Part shown: positions 25,532-37,758 of the stretch, in pieces
How positions within the stretch are numbered: the first letter of the stretch is position 1
Layout: every line of letters begins with the position of its first letter
Program-made: the position numbers and the translations under genes
Source: Mobula hypostoma
Taxonomy: Eukaryota
Reading direction: 5' to 3'
Assembly: GCF_963921235.1 (NCBI RefSeq)
Contig: NC_086108.1
Location: forward strand, 35,776,001 to 35,840,000
Length of the DNA stretch: 64,000 nucleotides
The notes under the pieces: generated by a model
The model's database searches: none
What the model saw: the letters and a program-made list of their open reading frames with translations, nothing else
What the model was told of the DNA's origin: nothing

Positions 25532-26289
25532 GTTATATCCTGTGCCCTCGTCAAGTTTGTCCACTTGTAGAACAGATGCCAGGCAACAGTAAAAAGTTTC
25601 ATGCATGCCCTGCATTGTGCTTCTTTAACACTTTTCTATTTTTGTGCTCTTAAAAGCAAGTGAAGCCCAAATTGTGGTGGAAAGCTCGATTTTATTTCCA
25701 CCGCTTCTCTCGCCTGTGTGTCTAACAATACAGCAGAAACTTACTGTACACTAATCCTAAAACCCATTGCACAAATGTAAGTTTCTGCATTTCATGTCAC
25801 AGTCCATACTATGAATGAAATAGATGATGGTTGTGCATGGCGTTAGAACAGATTACTTTTATTTCTTATGTTATTATGCCTGCACAAACTTTTGAAAATG
25901 GTGGGCTTCTTGTGGGCATTTTCTCTATCCATTGCTTCCTAGTGCAATGACACAATGGGCATCAATCAGCACGTCAAGCCTGAACAGACATATGAAAAAC
26001 ATGACTATTAATGTTTGATGAACTGATTTCACATACATGCCCACCCAGTATGTGAGTAACTGAACCCTCAGTGGCTGACCACACAAACACAGATATCATC
26101 CGTCTGTAATGTTTCCCTAAGCACAACGAGATGAGTCATTTATTATCATTTCTACCTGTGCTGTCATAAGACAGTTCATTCATTTCCCAGCACTTAAGCA
26201 CCAAGATAATTTTGTAGATATAGAGCAGGAATGTTTTCCAATCTTGGGTCGCTCTCTCTCTAAGCACCAGAGGCCGAGAAGGAGGCAGG

Positions 26290-26965
26290 CAGAGTTTTTT
26301 TTAAATTAATGAGAGAGGTAGGTAGGATAAACAGTCAAAATCTTGTCCCTAGGAGAGGAATGTCATGATTTTAAGGTTAGAGCAGGGAAATTTAGAGGTG
26401 ATGTGAAGGGCGAAAGTTTTTACGCAGAGTGCGGTAGCTGCCCAGAGTAGGTTGTTGGAGTTTAAGAGGCTTTAAGATAGACCCATGAATATGAAGGGAA
26501 TGGAGGGGTTATGGATGATATGCAGAAGGGGTGGTGTGGTAGTGTAGTGGTTAGCACAATGATTTACCGTACAGGTGGCATGGGTTCAGTTCCCACCACT
26601 GTCTGAAGGGAGTTTGTACGTTCTCTCTGTGACCGTGTGGGTTTTCTCTGGGTGCTCCGGTTTCCTCCCACGTTCCAAAGACTTTCCGGTTAGAAGGATA
26701 ATTGGTCATTATGAATTGTCCTGTGACTAGACTAAGATTATATCAGGGGATTGTTGGGTGGCGTGGCTCGAAGGACTGGAAGGGCCTACTCCACTCTGTA
26801 TGTCAACAGCCTAGGGTTAAGTTAGGGGTTTCTGGGCGGCATGGCTCAAAGGGCCAGAAGGGCCTATTCTGCACTGTATCTTAATAAATAAATAGATTTA
26901 GTATAAATCTGCATAAATATCATGAGCTGAATGGTCTGTCCTGTGCTGTACTGTTCTATGTTCTC
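26290..26965 (+). mobile_element. CR1 3' fragment interrupted by a tRNA-derived SINE (about 26530-26890)
   Basis: SINE A/B boxes gtggtagtgtagtgg and gggttcagttccc; CR1 tail ctgtgctgtactgttctatgttct. Confidence 0.65.
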
Positions 26966-27599
26966 TGACAGTCATGAATGATTTGTGCTTAACTGGCAAA
27001 TACAACCAATTATTCTCTCTCTTTTACTCGGCTTCACTCCTGGGATTGTCTCAGGACATGAGATGAGCATTGAAATGGACTAGAAGATTAAATTACCCAA
27101 CACTTACTCATTGAGGTTAAGACAAAACTTAGCCCTTGCAGAGAGATTGCAAGCTAAACAGGGAAGTGAGTAAATATTGCTAAATGCTTGTCCTAAAAGG
27201 AAAACTTCTATTTCAAAAACAAAGTTTATTCATAATAAAATATCTGTATGAAAAGAAAAACAGTTTTAAAATATTCTACATTCTTAGTCAATATAATTAG
27301 TATTGATATCACTTTTGTTAAAACTGTGGTGGTTGTCTGTAGTATCCAATGCTGACAGGAAACCTGTGAGGGAGTGTTTTTAAAGTGGAAAGCCATTGCA
27401 CTGGGGCAGTTCCATTCTCTTGATCTCAGAACTCCAGGTCCAGTGATAGGAACAAGCGTCAGAAACTGGGGGTTCTTCCTTGGTTGCAGTGGATGACCGT
27501 GAAGTCTTCTGTGCTTTGTCATGCCCTTCGCTCTCCATGGAGTGTTACAGTACACATTCCTGGCTGTTAGATTTCACTATAGATCTTATTCACCCAGGC

Positions 27600-28537
27600 C
27601 ACCCAATCCACGCCAGGTCTCACCAATATACAGCATATTCTCCACAACTTCCGCCGTCTTCAACGGGATCCCACCACCAAGTACATCTTTCCCTCCCATC
27701 CAAATTTATGCTTTCCGCAAGGATCACTCCCTACGCGACTCCCTTGTCCATTCGTCCCTCCCAACTGATCTCCCTCCTGCCATTAATCCTTGCAAGCAGA
27801 ACAAGTGCTACACCTGCCCCTACATCCCCTCCCTCACTATCAGTCAGGGCTCCAAACAGTCCTTCCAGGTGAGGTGACACTTCACCTGTGAGGCTATGGG
27901 GGTCATACACTGTGTCCTGTGCTCTTGATGTGGCCTCCGATATATCGATGAGGCCCGATGTAGATTGGGAACTGCTTTGCCAAGCACCTACGTTCTGTCC
28001 ACCAGAAAAAGCAGGATCTCCCAGTGGCCACACATTTTAATTCCACTTCTCATTCCTATATGTCTAACCATGGCCCCCTCTACTGTCGCAATGAGGCCTC
28101 ATTCAGGCTGGAGGAACAACACCCTATATTCCATCTGGATAGCTTCCAACCTGATGGCATGAACGTCGATTTCTCAAACTTCTGGTAATGGGCCCTCCTC
28201 TTCTTCACCGTTCCCCTTTTTCCTCTCTCGCCTTGTCCCCTTGCCTGCCCGTCACCTCCCTCTGGTGCTCCTCCCCACTCCTTTCTTCCATGGTCTTCTG
28301 TCCTCTCCTGTTAGATTCCCCTGTCTCCAGCCCTGTATCTCTTTCACCAATCAACTTCCCAGCTCTTTACTTCACCCCTCCCCCTCCCGGTTTCAGCTAT
28401 CACCTTGTCTTTCTCTCTCCTCTCCCTTCACCTTTCAATTCTACTCATCTCTTTTTCCCCAGCCCGAAACATTGACTGTACTCTTTTCCATAGATGCTGC
28501 CTGGCCTGCTGAGTTCCTCCAGCATTTTCTGTGTGTA
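27600..28537 (+). mobile_element. Penelope-like element 3' part (GIY-YIG region plus terminus), degraded
   Basis: RKDHSLRDSLVHS...PCKQNKCYTCPY...QGSKQSFQVR is colinear with ORF 63072..63815; the terminus keeps only cccGAAAcattgactg. Confidence 0.85.
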
Positions 28538-29160
28538 GCCTTAACCTGTTGTTCTCTCTGCGTCGTGGGTCCTTATAAGGGTAAATGCATTGTGTAATTT
28601 GCCAGTAAAGTGTCATCGTCCAATATCAAACTCAGTTCACTTGGCCATTAATTGATAGTTACTAATGTGGTGAGGGGAGACAGTTTTGCTCCCCTTTTGA
28701 ATACATCTTGCCTCCGGCTATGATATCTGCACCTGGAATGTGGCTCCATTGAAGCAAGATAAAAATAGGGGAAAGGCCTCAGTGCAAGATCCAACTTTAA
28801 GTTCCTTGTCTGATGATTGATTGAGTAATTCTTGTCTTGTTTTTACACTATTTGCCTGGCTAAAGGAAGATTATTTTGGTAAAACAATAAAAGGAATGGT
28901 GGGCTGGGGTGTGACTGAGAGCAAATGGACAGTGGGCAGGATATGAGAGTTATCCAACTGTTCTCACAGAGGTTTCCTTAACAAAAGCAAGGGTCCCAAA
29001 GTCACCCAGTCTCCTCATCTTGCCATTCACATCACTGTTCAAAAACATTTTTCAAATCAGCTTAAATACGAGGAATTCTGCAGATGCTGGAAATTCAAGC
29101 AACACACATCAAATTCACTGGTGAACGCAGCAGGCCAGGCAGCATCTCTAGGAAGAGGTA

Positions 29161-29195
29161 CAGTCGACGTTTCGGGCTGAGACCCTTCATCAGGA
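29161..29195 (-). ncRNA. Minimal hammerhead ribozyme motif (helix I 5' strand shortened)
   Basis: Reverse complement tc-CTGATGA-a-GGGT-ctca-GCCC-GAAA-cGTC-gactg. Confidence 0.6.
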
Positions 29196-29197
29196 AG

Positions 29198-29233
29198 AGT
29201 CCTGACGAAGGGTCTTGGCTCGAAACGTCGACT
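29198..29233 (+). ncRNA. Minimal hammerhead ribozyme motif
   Basis: agtc-CTGACGA-a-GGGT-cttg-GCTC-GAAA-cGTC-gact. Confidence 0.72.
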
Positions 29234-30274
29234 GTACCTCTTCCTAGAGATGCTGCCTGGCCTGCTGCATTCACCAACAAATTTGATGTGTGTTGCTTTC
29301 AAATCAGCTAAGGGCCAGTTTTCCAAGCAATGGCTAATTATTCTCACCACACAGATGCACATACAAATTACACAAACACACATACAAGCTAACAAGAAAA
29401 GAAAATGCCAAATTTAGTTAAAATAATGTAAAACTTTGTTTCCTGTTCAGCAAGATTGGTTTTCACCTCCTAGTGCCAATAGCTTGCAAATGCTCAAGGT
29501 ATTAATTCTTTTTTTCTCCTATCTGATAGGTGAACTAAGAAAAACGATAAACAGGTTCTGGCCTTCAGTGCTGTCTGAGTAGTTTGCACATTCTTCTTGT
29601 GGGAGAGTGGGTTTCATCTGGGTATTTCAGTTTCCTACCACATTCCAAAGACATGCAGGGTATCAGTTTACCCAGTAAGTTGTCCTTCAGGTATTTCGCA
29701 TGGGAGAAGCAGCTTCGTATTACAGGGCATATGAAAGATAATAGGTTGCACGAAAATAAGGGTGGGAATGGGATTGGTCGAATTCTGTTTAGAATTCGGA
29801 TTGGTCATATGACCTCCTTCCCTGTTGTAAGAAAAAAAATGGAAATTCCAAAAATCTCCATTTCAATAAATTATCTTTTGGCATTTTTTCATTAATTTTC
29901 CCTTTGAATTTTGTAAAAGCATGTCAGCCTTCCAAGACAGCCATTTTCTATTGATTGATCTATGGGATCAGAATTCAGTAATTTATTCGTATTTCTGCTT
30001 CTTGCCCTCATGATACCTTCTCCATTTCCAACCATGTCAAAGGAAGAATCAGCATCAAATATCAGCACCAATCTTTATTCTTAAAAGATCTGTGTAACAT
30101 TTCACTCTCAGCATTCTACAAAAATCTGTTAACAACTATGCAGCTTTCGTAATTTGTTGCCCATGTTAATATAAATAGATATCGATAGGCTTGCATCTTT
30201 AAATTATGGAGAGCGGATGTAGTGCAGTGCGGGTTTCACCTGCCCAACCACTCGTTCTGCCACTTATGGAGATG

Positions 30275-30817
30275 TACATCAATGGCTACCCGTATACCTG
30301 CTCTTTAATGCAGATATCTAATCAGCCTGTCATGTGGCAGCAACACAACACATAACAGCATGCCAAGACGTTCAGTTGTTGTTCAGAACAAACATCAGAA
30401 TAAGGAAGAAATGTGATCTAAGTGACTTTGACTGTGGAATGGTTGCTGATACTTGGCGGGGTGATTTGAGTATCTCAGAAACTGCTGATCTCCTGGGATT
30501 TTCACACACAACAATCTCTAGAGTTTACAGAGCATGGTGCGAAAAACAAAAAACAGACAGTGGCAGTTCCATGGGCGAAAATGTCTTGTTAATGAGAGAG
30601 GTTAGAGGAGAACAGCCAGACTTGTTCAAGATGACAGGAAGGCAACAGTAGCTTAAATAACCATGTATTTTAACAGTGGTGTGCAGAAGAGCATCTCTGA
30701 ACACACAACACATCGAAACTTGAAGTGGATAGGTTACAGCAGCAGAAGATCACAAACATACACTCAGTGGCCACTTTGTTAGTTACAGGTGGTACTGAAT
30801 AAAGGGGCCAGTAAGTG
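30275..30817 (+). mobile_element. Non-autonomous Tc1/mariner relic
   Basis: KKCDLSDFDCGMV...SISETADLLGFSHTTISRVYR HTH remnant; cactcagtggccacttt TIR-like sequence. Confidence 0.75.
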
Positions 30818-31149
30818 CATGTATTATATAGCAAAAGGAAGCAATTCAGCCGATTACGCCTGTGTTATCCAACTGAAACAGCTACATCTTAATGCATGTA
30901 ATAAAGTTACTGTTACTTTCATTTCCTCTTTAATCATCGCCATACAGATTATGATTTACAAATTTAAAAACAAGCTCATTTCCTGCCCTCCTCACATTTT
31001 TTGCAAGTGAAAGCAGTTTCTCCAACTAGTATATCAAGAATCCAAATAACCTTTGCCACCTTAACAATAACCTTGACATTCAAGGACCAAGGACCCTGGC
31101 ACTTGTGAGAACAGTGGTATGCTAAAAGGTGGTTATGCTAAAAAATGTC

Positions 31150-33860
31150 ACCATTAAGAAAGAAGATGCTGGATCCTTCGAAAAACATTAGGATAGATAA
31201 TTCCCCGGAGCATATGGGATTTATTCCAGGTTACTCGGGGAAGTGAGGGCAGAGATTGCTCGCCTTTGGCAATGATCTTCATGTCCTCATTTACTACAGG
31301 AGTAATACCGGATGATTGGAGGATAGCAAATGGTATCTCCTTGTTTAAGAAAGGCAGTAGAAATAACCCTGGGAATTATTGAACAGTGAGTCTTACTTCA
31401 GTGGTGGGGAATTTATTGGAGAAGATTCTTAGAACAAGGTTTACAAGCATTTGGAGAAGGATAGTATGATTAGGAATGGTCAGCAGGGCTTTGAGAGGGG
31501 CAAGTCATGCCTTACGAGCCTGATTGAATTCTTTGAGATTTGGGGAAAAAAACACTGATGAAGGAAGAGCAGTGGATGTGGTTTATAGGGATTTAGTAAG
31601 GTGTTTGATAATGTTCCCCATCGTAGGCTCATTCAGTAAGGCAGGAGGCATCGGATTCAGGGAAAATTGGCTGCATGGATTCAGTATCGGCTTACCCATA
31701 GAAGGCGGAAGGTGGTTGTAGATAGAGCATATTCTGCCTGGAAGTCAGTGACCAGTGGTGTTCTGCACACATCTGTTATGGGACCCCTGCTCTTTTTTAG
31801 AATTGACTTGGATGAGGAAGTGGAAGGGTGAATTAATAAGTTTGCAGATGACATGAAGGTTGGTGGTGTTGTGAATAGTGTAAAAGGTTGTTGTGGGTTA
31901 CAATAGGACATTGATAGGATGTAGAGCTAGGGCTGAGAAGTGAGAGGTGCTTCCTTTGGATGGTCAAATTTGAAGCCAGAATACAGGATTAATGGCAGAA
32001 TATTTAACAGTGTGGAGGAACAAAGGGATCTTGAGGTCTATGTCCATAGATCCTTCAAAGTTGCTTCACAAGTTGGTAGGGTGGTTAAGAAGACCTGTGG
32101 CAAGTTGGCCTTCATTAGAAAGGAGATGGAGTTCAAAAGCCATGAGCCAGTGTTGCAACTCTATAAAACCCCAGTTAGATTACACTTGGAGTAATGTGTT
32201 TAGTCCTGGTCATTTTATTATAGGAAGGATGCGAAAGCTTTAGAAAGAGTGCAGAGGAGACTTACCAGAATGCTGCCTGGTTTGGAGAGCATATCTTATG
32301 AGGGTAAGTTGAATGAGCTAAAAGTTTTCTATTCAGAGCAAAGGTGGATGAGAGGTGCCTTGATAGAGGTGTACAAGATGATAACAAGCATAGACCGAGA
32401 GGGCAGCCAGAGATTTTTTCTCAGGGCAGAAATTAATAATATGAGTGGGCATTATTTTAAGGAAATTGGAGGAAAGTATAGAATCAGAATCAGGTTTATT
32501 ATCACCGGCATGTGACATGAAATTTGTTAACTTAGCAGCAGCAGTTCAATGCAATACATAATCTAGCAGAGAAATAAATAAATAAAATAAAAATAATGAT
32601 AATAAATAAACAAGTAAATCAATTATGTATATAGAATAGATTTTTTTAAATGTGCAAAAACAGAAATACTGTGTATTAAAAAGAAATTGAGGTAGTGTCC
32701 AAAGATTCAATAACCATTTAGGAATCAGATGGCCAAGGAAAAGAAGCTGTTCCTGAATTGCTGAGTGTATGCCTTCAGGCTTCTGTACCTCCTACCTGAT
32801 GATAACAGTGAGAAAAGGGCATACTCTGGGTGCTGGAGGTCCTTAATAATGGACGCTGCCTTTCTGAGACACTGCTCCCTAAAGATGTCCTGGGTACTTT
32901 GTAGGCTAGTACCCAAGATGGAGCTGACTAACTTACAACCTTCCGCAGCTTCTTTCAGTCCTATGCAGTATCCCCTCCATACCAGTGAATTTTTGAGTGT
33001 ATTTGTTGACATGCCAAATCTCTTCAAACCCCTAATGAGGTATAGCCGCTGTCTTGCCTTCTTTATAACTACATCGATATGTTGGGACCAGGTTAGATCC
33101 TCAGAGATCTTGACACCCAGGAACTTGAAGCTGCTCACTCTCTCCACTTCTGATCCCTCTATGAGGATTGGTATGTGTTTTTTCGTCTTACCCTTCCTGA
33201 GGTCCACAATCAGCTCTTCTATCTTACTGATGTTGAATGCCAGGTTGTTGCTGCAGCACCATTCCACTAGTTGGCATATCTCACTCCTGTACGCCCTCTC
33301 CTCACCACCTGAGATTCTACCAACAATGGTCATATCGTCAGCAAATTCATAGATGGTATTTGAGCTATGCCTAGCCACACAGTCATGTGTATATAGAGAG
33401 TAGAGCAGTGGGCTAAGCACACACCCCTGAGGTACGCCAGTGTTGATCATCAGCGTGGGCGTGATGTTATCACCAATCGACACAGATTGTGGTCTTCCAG
33501 TTAGGAAGTCAAGAATCCAATTGCAAAAGGAGGTACAGAGACCCAGGTTCTACAACTTCTCAATCAGGATTGTGGGAATGATGGTATTAAATGCTGAGCT
33601 TTAGTCGATGAACAGCATCCTGACGTAGGAGGTATGTCAGAGCTAAGTGTTTTATACAGACAGTGGTGGTTGCCTGGAATCAAGGGTAGTGGTAGAGGCA
33701 GGACACATTAGAGACATTTATGAGACTCTTCAATAGACACGTGGATGATAGTAAAATGAAGGACTATCTGGAGAGGATGGGTTAGGGTGATCTTAGGTCA
33801 GCACAACATCGTGGTCTGAAGGGCCTGTACTGTGGCGTGCTGTTCTATGTTCTATTTTCT
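31150..33860 (+). mobile_element. CR1 LINE RT/3' part, degraded, split by a Rex1/Babar insertion
   Basis: RT motif DNA (gtgaccagtggtgtt, tttgcagatgac); the CR1 sequence stops at about 32480 and resumes at about 33629; ttctatgttcta tail. Confidence 0.85.
32480..33628 (-). mobile_element. Rex1/Babar-clade LINE, 5'-truncated
   Basis: ORF 32725..33483 with [25 protein letters not shown] and [11 protein letters not shown]; (GATTCT)n tail. Confidence 0.9.
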
Positions 33861-34254
33861 ATTTTCTTTGTTGTAGTTCCAGCTTTCCTATTCTCTACTG
33901 AAAACATTCTCCTTTATTACTAACCTGTTAGATCAACACATTATCAGCTTTAATTTAAAAACATTAGTATTTTCGACTCTTTTATGCATCTTAACATCGT
34001 TTCTGCAAATCAGAGCCTTCATGCTTCCTAGATGCAGAGGATTATAGATAAAAACAATAACCTGCTTATTTTATAAATCCTACATTAAAAAGGGCACAAA
34101 TACATAGCTCTTCAGAGACTAGACCAGGAGTCAACACATGATTACAGCTGAAATTCAGAAGTGGGTTGATCAGTCCATGGCAGATACTGGTAAATATTGA
34201 CATCAAAGTAAATAAAACTTATCCATAGCACCCAGTAATCACTGACAGTTCTAT

Positions 34255-34625
34255 GTGTTCAAAGTTCAACACAAATTTTATTCTCAAAGTACATATACGT
34301 CACCATACACAACCCTGAGATTCATTTTCTTATGAGCATACTCAACAAATCTAAAGAACAATAACTATATCTGGATCAATGAAAGATATCCTAACAAGAG
34401 CGTTCAACCAGAGTGCAGAAGACAACAAACTGTGCAAATGCAAAAAAAAATGCAAACAATAGTAAATAAATAAATAAGAATAAATATCGAGAACATGACA
34501 TGAAGAGGCATTGAAAGTGAGTCCATTGGTTGTGGGAATATTTCAATGATGGGGCAAATGCAGTTATCTCCTTTGGTTCAAGAGTCTGATGGTTGAGGGG
34601 TGGTAACTGTTCTTGAACACGGTAA
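34255..34625 (-). mobile_element. Rex1/Babar-like 3' end fragment
   Basis: Same 3' UTR as the copies at 16254-16520 and 47000-47250. Confidence 0.65.
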
Positions 34626-35537
34626 ACTAAGTCAAAACTAAGTAATGTAGGGTTCAAAGCAGGAATTGCTTCTGCGCATGTGTAATAGAGAGGATCAGGA
34701 ACTCTCTCCCATACAAGGCCATTGAGATGAGGCAGACAGGAAATTTCAAAAGTGGGATTGATAAATTTTTATATGGCCATATTACTGATGATAAATAGCT
34801 TTCAACTGATGGTAAATAAAATAGTAGAACAAACTGAGGAGGCTGAATCTTGTTCTTGTGCTTGTGTAGAGTATCTGTAATGAGCTTCACGGGATTGAGG
34901 AATTAACTTGTTGGAAGAGTTCTTGTGGACATTGTTTTACAGCATAAATGATTCCGACCAAGCAGATTTTGTAAATATAAGATTCTCCAAAATGTTGTTC
35001 CTTGCTTGGCGGTTTTATTCCTTTTATAGACATAATAAATACAAATATTTTCAGATGAGTTCCTTGGAATATCAGTAAAACCTGATTTTAGTTTACTCCC
35101 ATTATCTTTGTTCATCTCGAATTACTTTTTCTCTGCCTGTTATCTTTTCTTAATTATCATCGATTATTATTAACAGGGTGGAAAGTCTCTCAATCAGATA
35201 TTTGTTTTGCGTGAACGGTGTGGATTAGACAGCAATCTCAGCCAGCCAATTCCAAGGTGTGATTCTCACACTGGATTTGAATGCACTCTAAAAGAGTAGA
35301 TTACCAGGTAATTCTTTGTATTTACAGAAAAAAACTCAGTGAACATGTTTAATCTTGGTGGTCAGCCCTCCATTAGATTATAGCATTTGGAGTGTCATCT
35401 CAGGACATTTTATTATTTAATGAATATTATTGAAATGCAAGTTAAAAGGCAAGAAAGTGTAAATCTCCTTCAAAAACAAACGTTAGAGCTTTAATATTTG
35501 TAGAAAATGAAAATGGGTTACAGATGTCACTGACTGA

Positions 35538-35850
35538 CTATAGTGTAGTGCTTCGTGTAATGCATTACAGCACCAGTGACCTGGGTTCAATTCCCGCTGC
35601 CGGTGCCAGTGATAATAAACCTGATTCTGATTCTGTCTATAAGGTGTTTGGACCTTGTAAATATATGCTGGTATTTATCTGGGGCACCATGGTAACGTTG
35701 GGTAGCATGATGCTACTACAGTTCGAGGTGTCAGAGCTTAGACTTCAATTCCGGCATTCTCCGTAAGAAAGTTTGTACGTCATTCCCATGAAGTGCGTGG
35801 GTTTCCTCCAGGTGCTCCAGTTTCCTCCCACAGTCCAAAGATGTACCTAG
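35538..35850 (+). mobile_element. tRNA-derived SINEs (two copies; the second continues at about 37037-37160 after a CR1 insertion)
   Basis: B-box gggttcaattccc; core gtttgtacg...tgcgtgggtttcctccaggtgctccagtttcctcccacagtccaaaga. Confidence 0.65.
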
Positions 35851-35857
35851 TGCGATT

Positions 35858-37036
35858 CTTTGAGGTAGACAAAGGAGATGCAGTGGACATGGTGTACTTG
35901 GATTTTCAGAAGGCCTTTGATAATGTGCCGCACATGAGGCTGCTTAGCAAGATAAGAGCCCATGGAACTACAGGGAAGTTACTAGCATGGGTGAAGCATT
36001 GGCTGAATGGCAGAAAACAGAGAGTGGGAATAAAGGGATCCTATTCTGGCTGGCTGCCGGTTACCAGTGGAGTTCCACAGAGGTCAGTGTTGGGACCGTT
36101 ACTTTTTACGATGTACGTCAATGATTTGGACTACAGTATTAAGGGATTTGTGGCTAAATTTGCCAATGACACAAAGATAGGTGGAGGAGCGGGTAGTGTT
36201 GAGGAAACAGAGAGCTTGCAGAGAGACTTAGATAGTTTAGGGGAATAGGCAAAGAAGTGGCAAATGAAATACAATGTTGGAAAGTGTATGGTCATGCACT
36301 TTGGTAGAATAAATAAACGGGCAGACTATTATTTAGATGGGGAGAGAATTCAAAATGCAGAGATGCAAAGAGATTTGGGAATCCATGTGCAAGATACCCT
36401 AAAGGTTAACCTGCAGGTTGAGTCGGTTGTGAAAAAGGCAAATGCAATGTTGGCATTCATTTCTAGAGGTATAGAATATAAGAGCCGGGATGTGATATTG
36501 AGGCTCTATAAAGCACTCGTGAGATGACACTTGGAGTATTGTGTGCAGTTTTGGGCTCCTTATTTTAGAAAGGATATACTGACATTGGAGAGGGTTCAGA
36601 GAAGATTCACAAGAATGATTCCAGGAATGAAAGGGTTACCGTATGAGGAACGTCTTGCAGTTCTTGGGCTGTATTCTCTGGAGTTCAGGAGAATGAGGGG
36701 GGATCTCATAGAAACATTCGGAATGTTAAAAGGCCTGAACAGATTAGATATGGCAAAGTTATTTCCCATGGGAGGGGATTCTAGAAAAAGAGGGCATGAC
36801 TTCAGGATCGAAGGACGTCCTTTTAGAACTGAGATGCGGAGAAATTACTTTAGACAGAGGGTGGTAAATTTGTGGAATTTGTTGCCACGAGCAGCTGTGG
36901 AGGCCAAGTCATTGGGTGTATTTAAGGCAGAGATTGATAGGTTCTTGATTAGCTGGGGCATCAAAGGGTATGGGGAGAAGGCAGGAGAGTGGGAATGAGT
37001 GGATGGAATGGCAAATGGCCTACTTCTGCTCCTAAA
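35858..37036 (+). mobile_element. CR1 LINE, 5'-truncated (RT plus 3' end)
   Basis: YLDFQKAFD, SGVPQ, EYCVQFWAP; stops at 36246 and 36525; tatggtct tail. Confidence 0.92.
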
Positions 37037-37389
37037 TCTTGTGTTCTTATGGTCTTCTGGTCATTGTCAACTGTCCTGTGATTAGGCTAAGGTTAAAGCA
37101 GTGTTTGCTGGGCCCGAAGGGCCTGTCCGTGCTGTATCACTAGATAAAAATAAAATAAATATATTGGCCATCTTATTATCCAGCTGTATGAGTATTTCTT
37201 TTAGATGGCAATGCCAATACAACTTAGACCCTTAACATATACCCAGCAGCAACTTAGAAGCTGCAGCAAAACATCGCAATAAACACCTGGGTCTTCCGTC
37301 ACACTTTGGACAGTATAATCGTAAAATGAGAACATTTGCATGATCTTGAGATATAGTGTTTATTTGAATCTAAAACCAGAGCGTAGCTC

Positions 37390-37567
37390 TACATGCGCAT
37401 GAGGCTGCCGCCTGATTGAGCAATCACGTCAATGATGGTTCAGAAGAAAAACTTCCTTTTTTTGTGGTGTGAATTCGCATTACCCAGTTCTACTCACACA
37501 AACAGTACTTCCCCCAACCCAGCCCCACACTCCACCCCTCCACCACCATAAGCCCTGCCTATATATG
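37390..37567 (+). promoter_or_regulatory. Candidate proximal promoter of the RGS1-like gene
   Basis: TATATAT at 37560-37566; CRE-like TCACGTCA at 37424-37431; palindromic CATGCGCATG at 37392-37401; CACCC/C-rich boxes at 37510-37545. Confidence 0.55.
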
Positions 37568-37651
37568 ACCCAGTGTGAGAGGAAGAAACATTACTGACAG
37601 CAAATGAAGCAGAATTTACAGAATCATCCAGAGCACATCAACCAGACAGAC

Positions 37652-37758
37652 ATGCCTGAGTTCATGCTCCCCTTGAAAGCATTAACCAAACAGAAGGACA
37701 TCAATAACGGTGCTGCCACCAAAACTCAACTGACTGAGGAAAGGAAAGCAAAGTGTCT
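37652..37758 (+). CDS. RGS1: RGS1-like coding exon 1 (107 nt)
   Basis: ATG about 90 nt after TATATAT; open frame [35 protein letters not shown]; donor gtaagc. Confidence 0.8.

Larger units (their letters stand above)
29063..29296. mobile_element. Palindromic Penelope-derived mini-element with two opposed hammerhead motifs and a 13-bp TSD
   Basis: Arms 29097-29195 and 29200-29298 are near-perfect reverse complements; TSD tttcaaatcagct at 29050-29062 and 29297-29309. Confidence 0.88.

Noticed and set aside
26530..26600. tRNA-like A/B boxes (also near 35545 and 47550)
   Set aside because: They are SINE heads followed by SINE core sequence; there is no complete cloverleaf.
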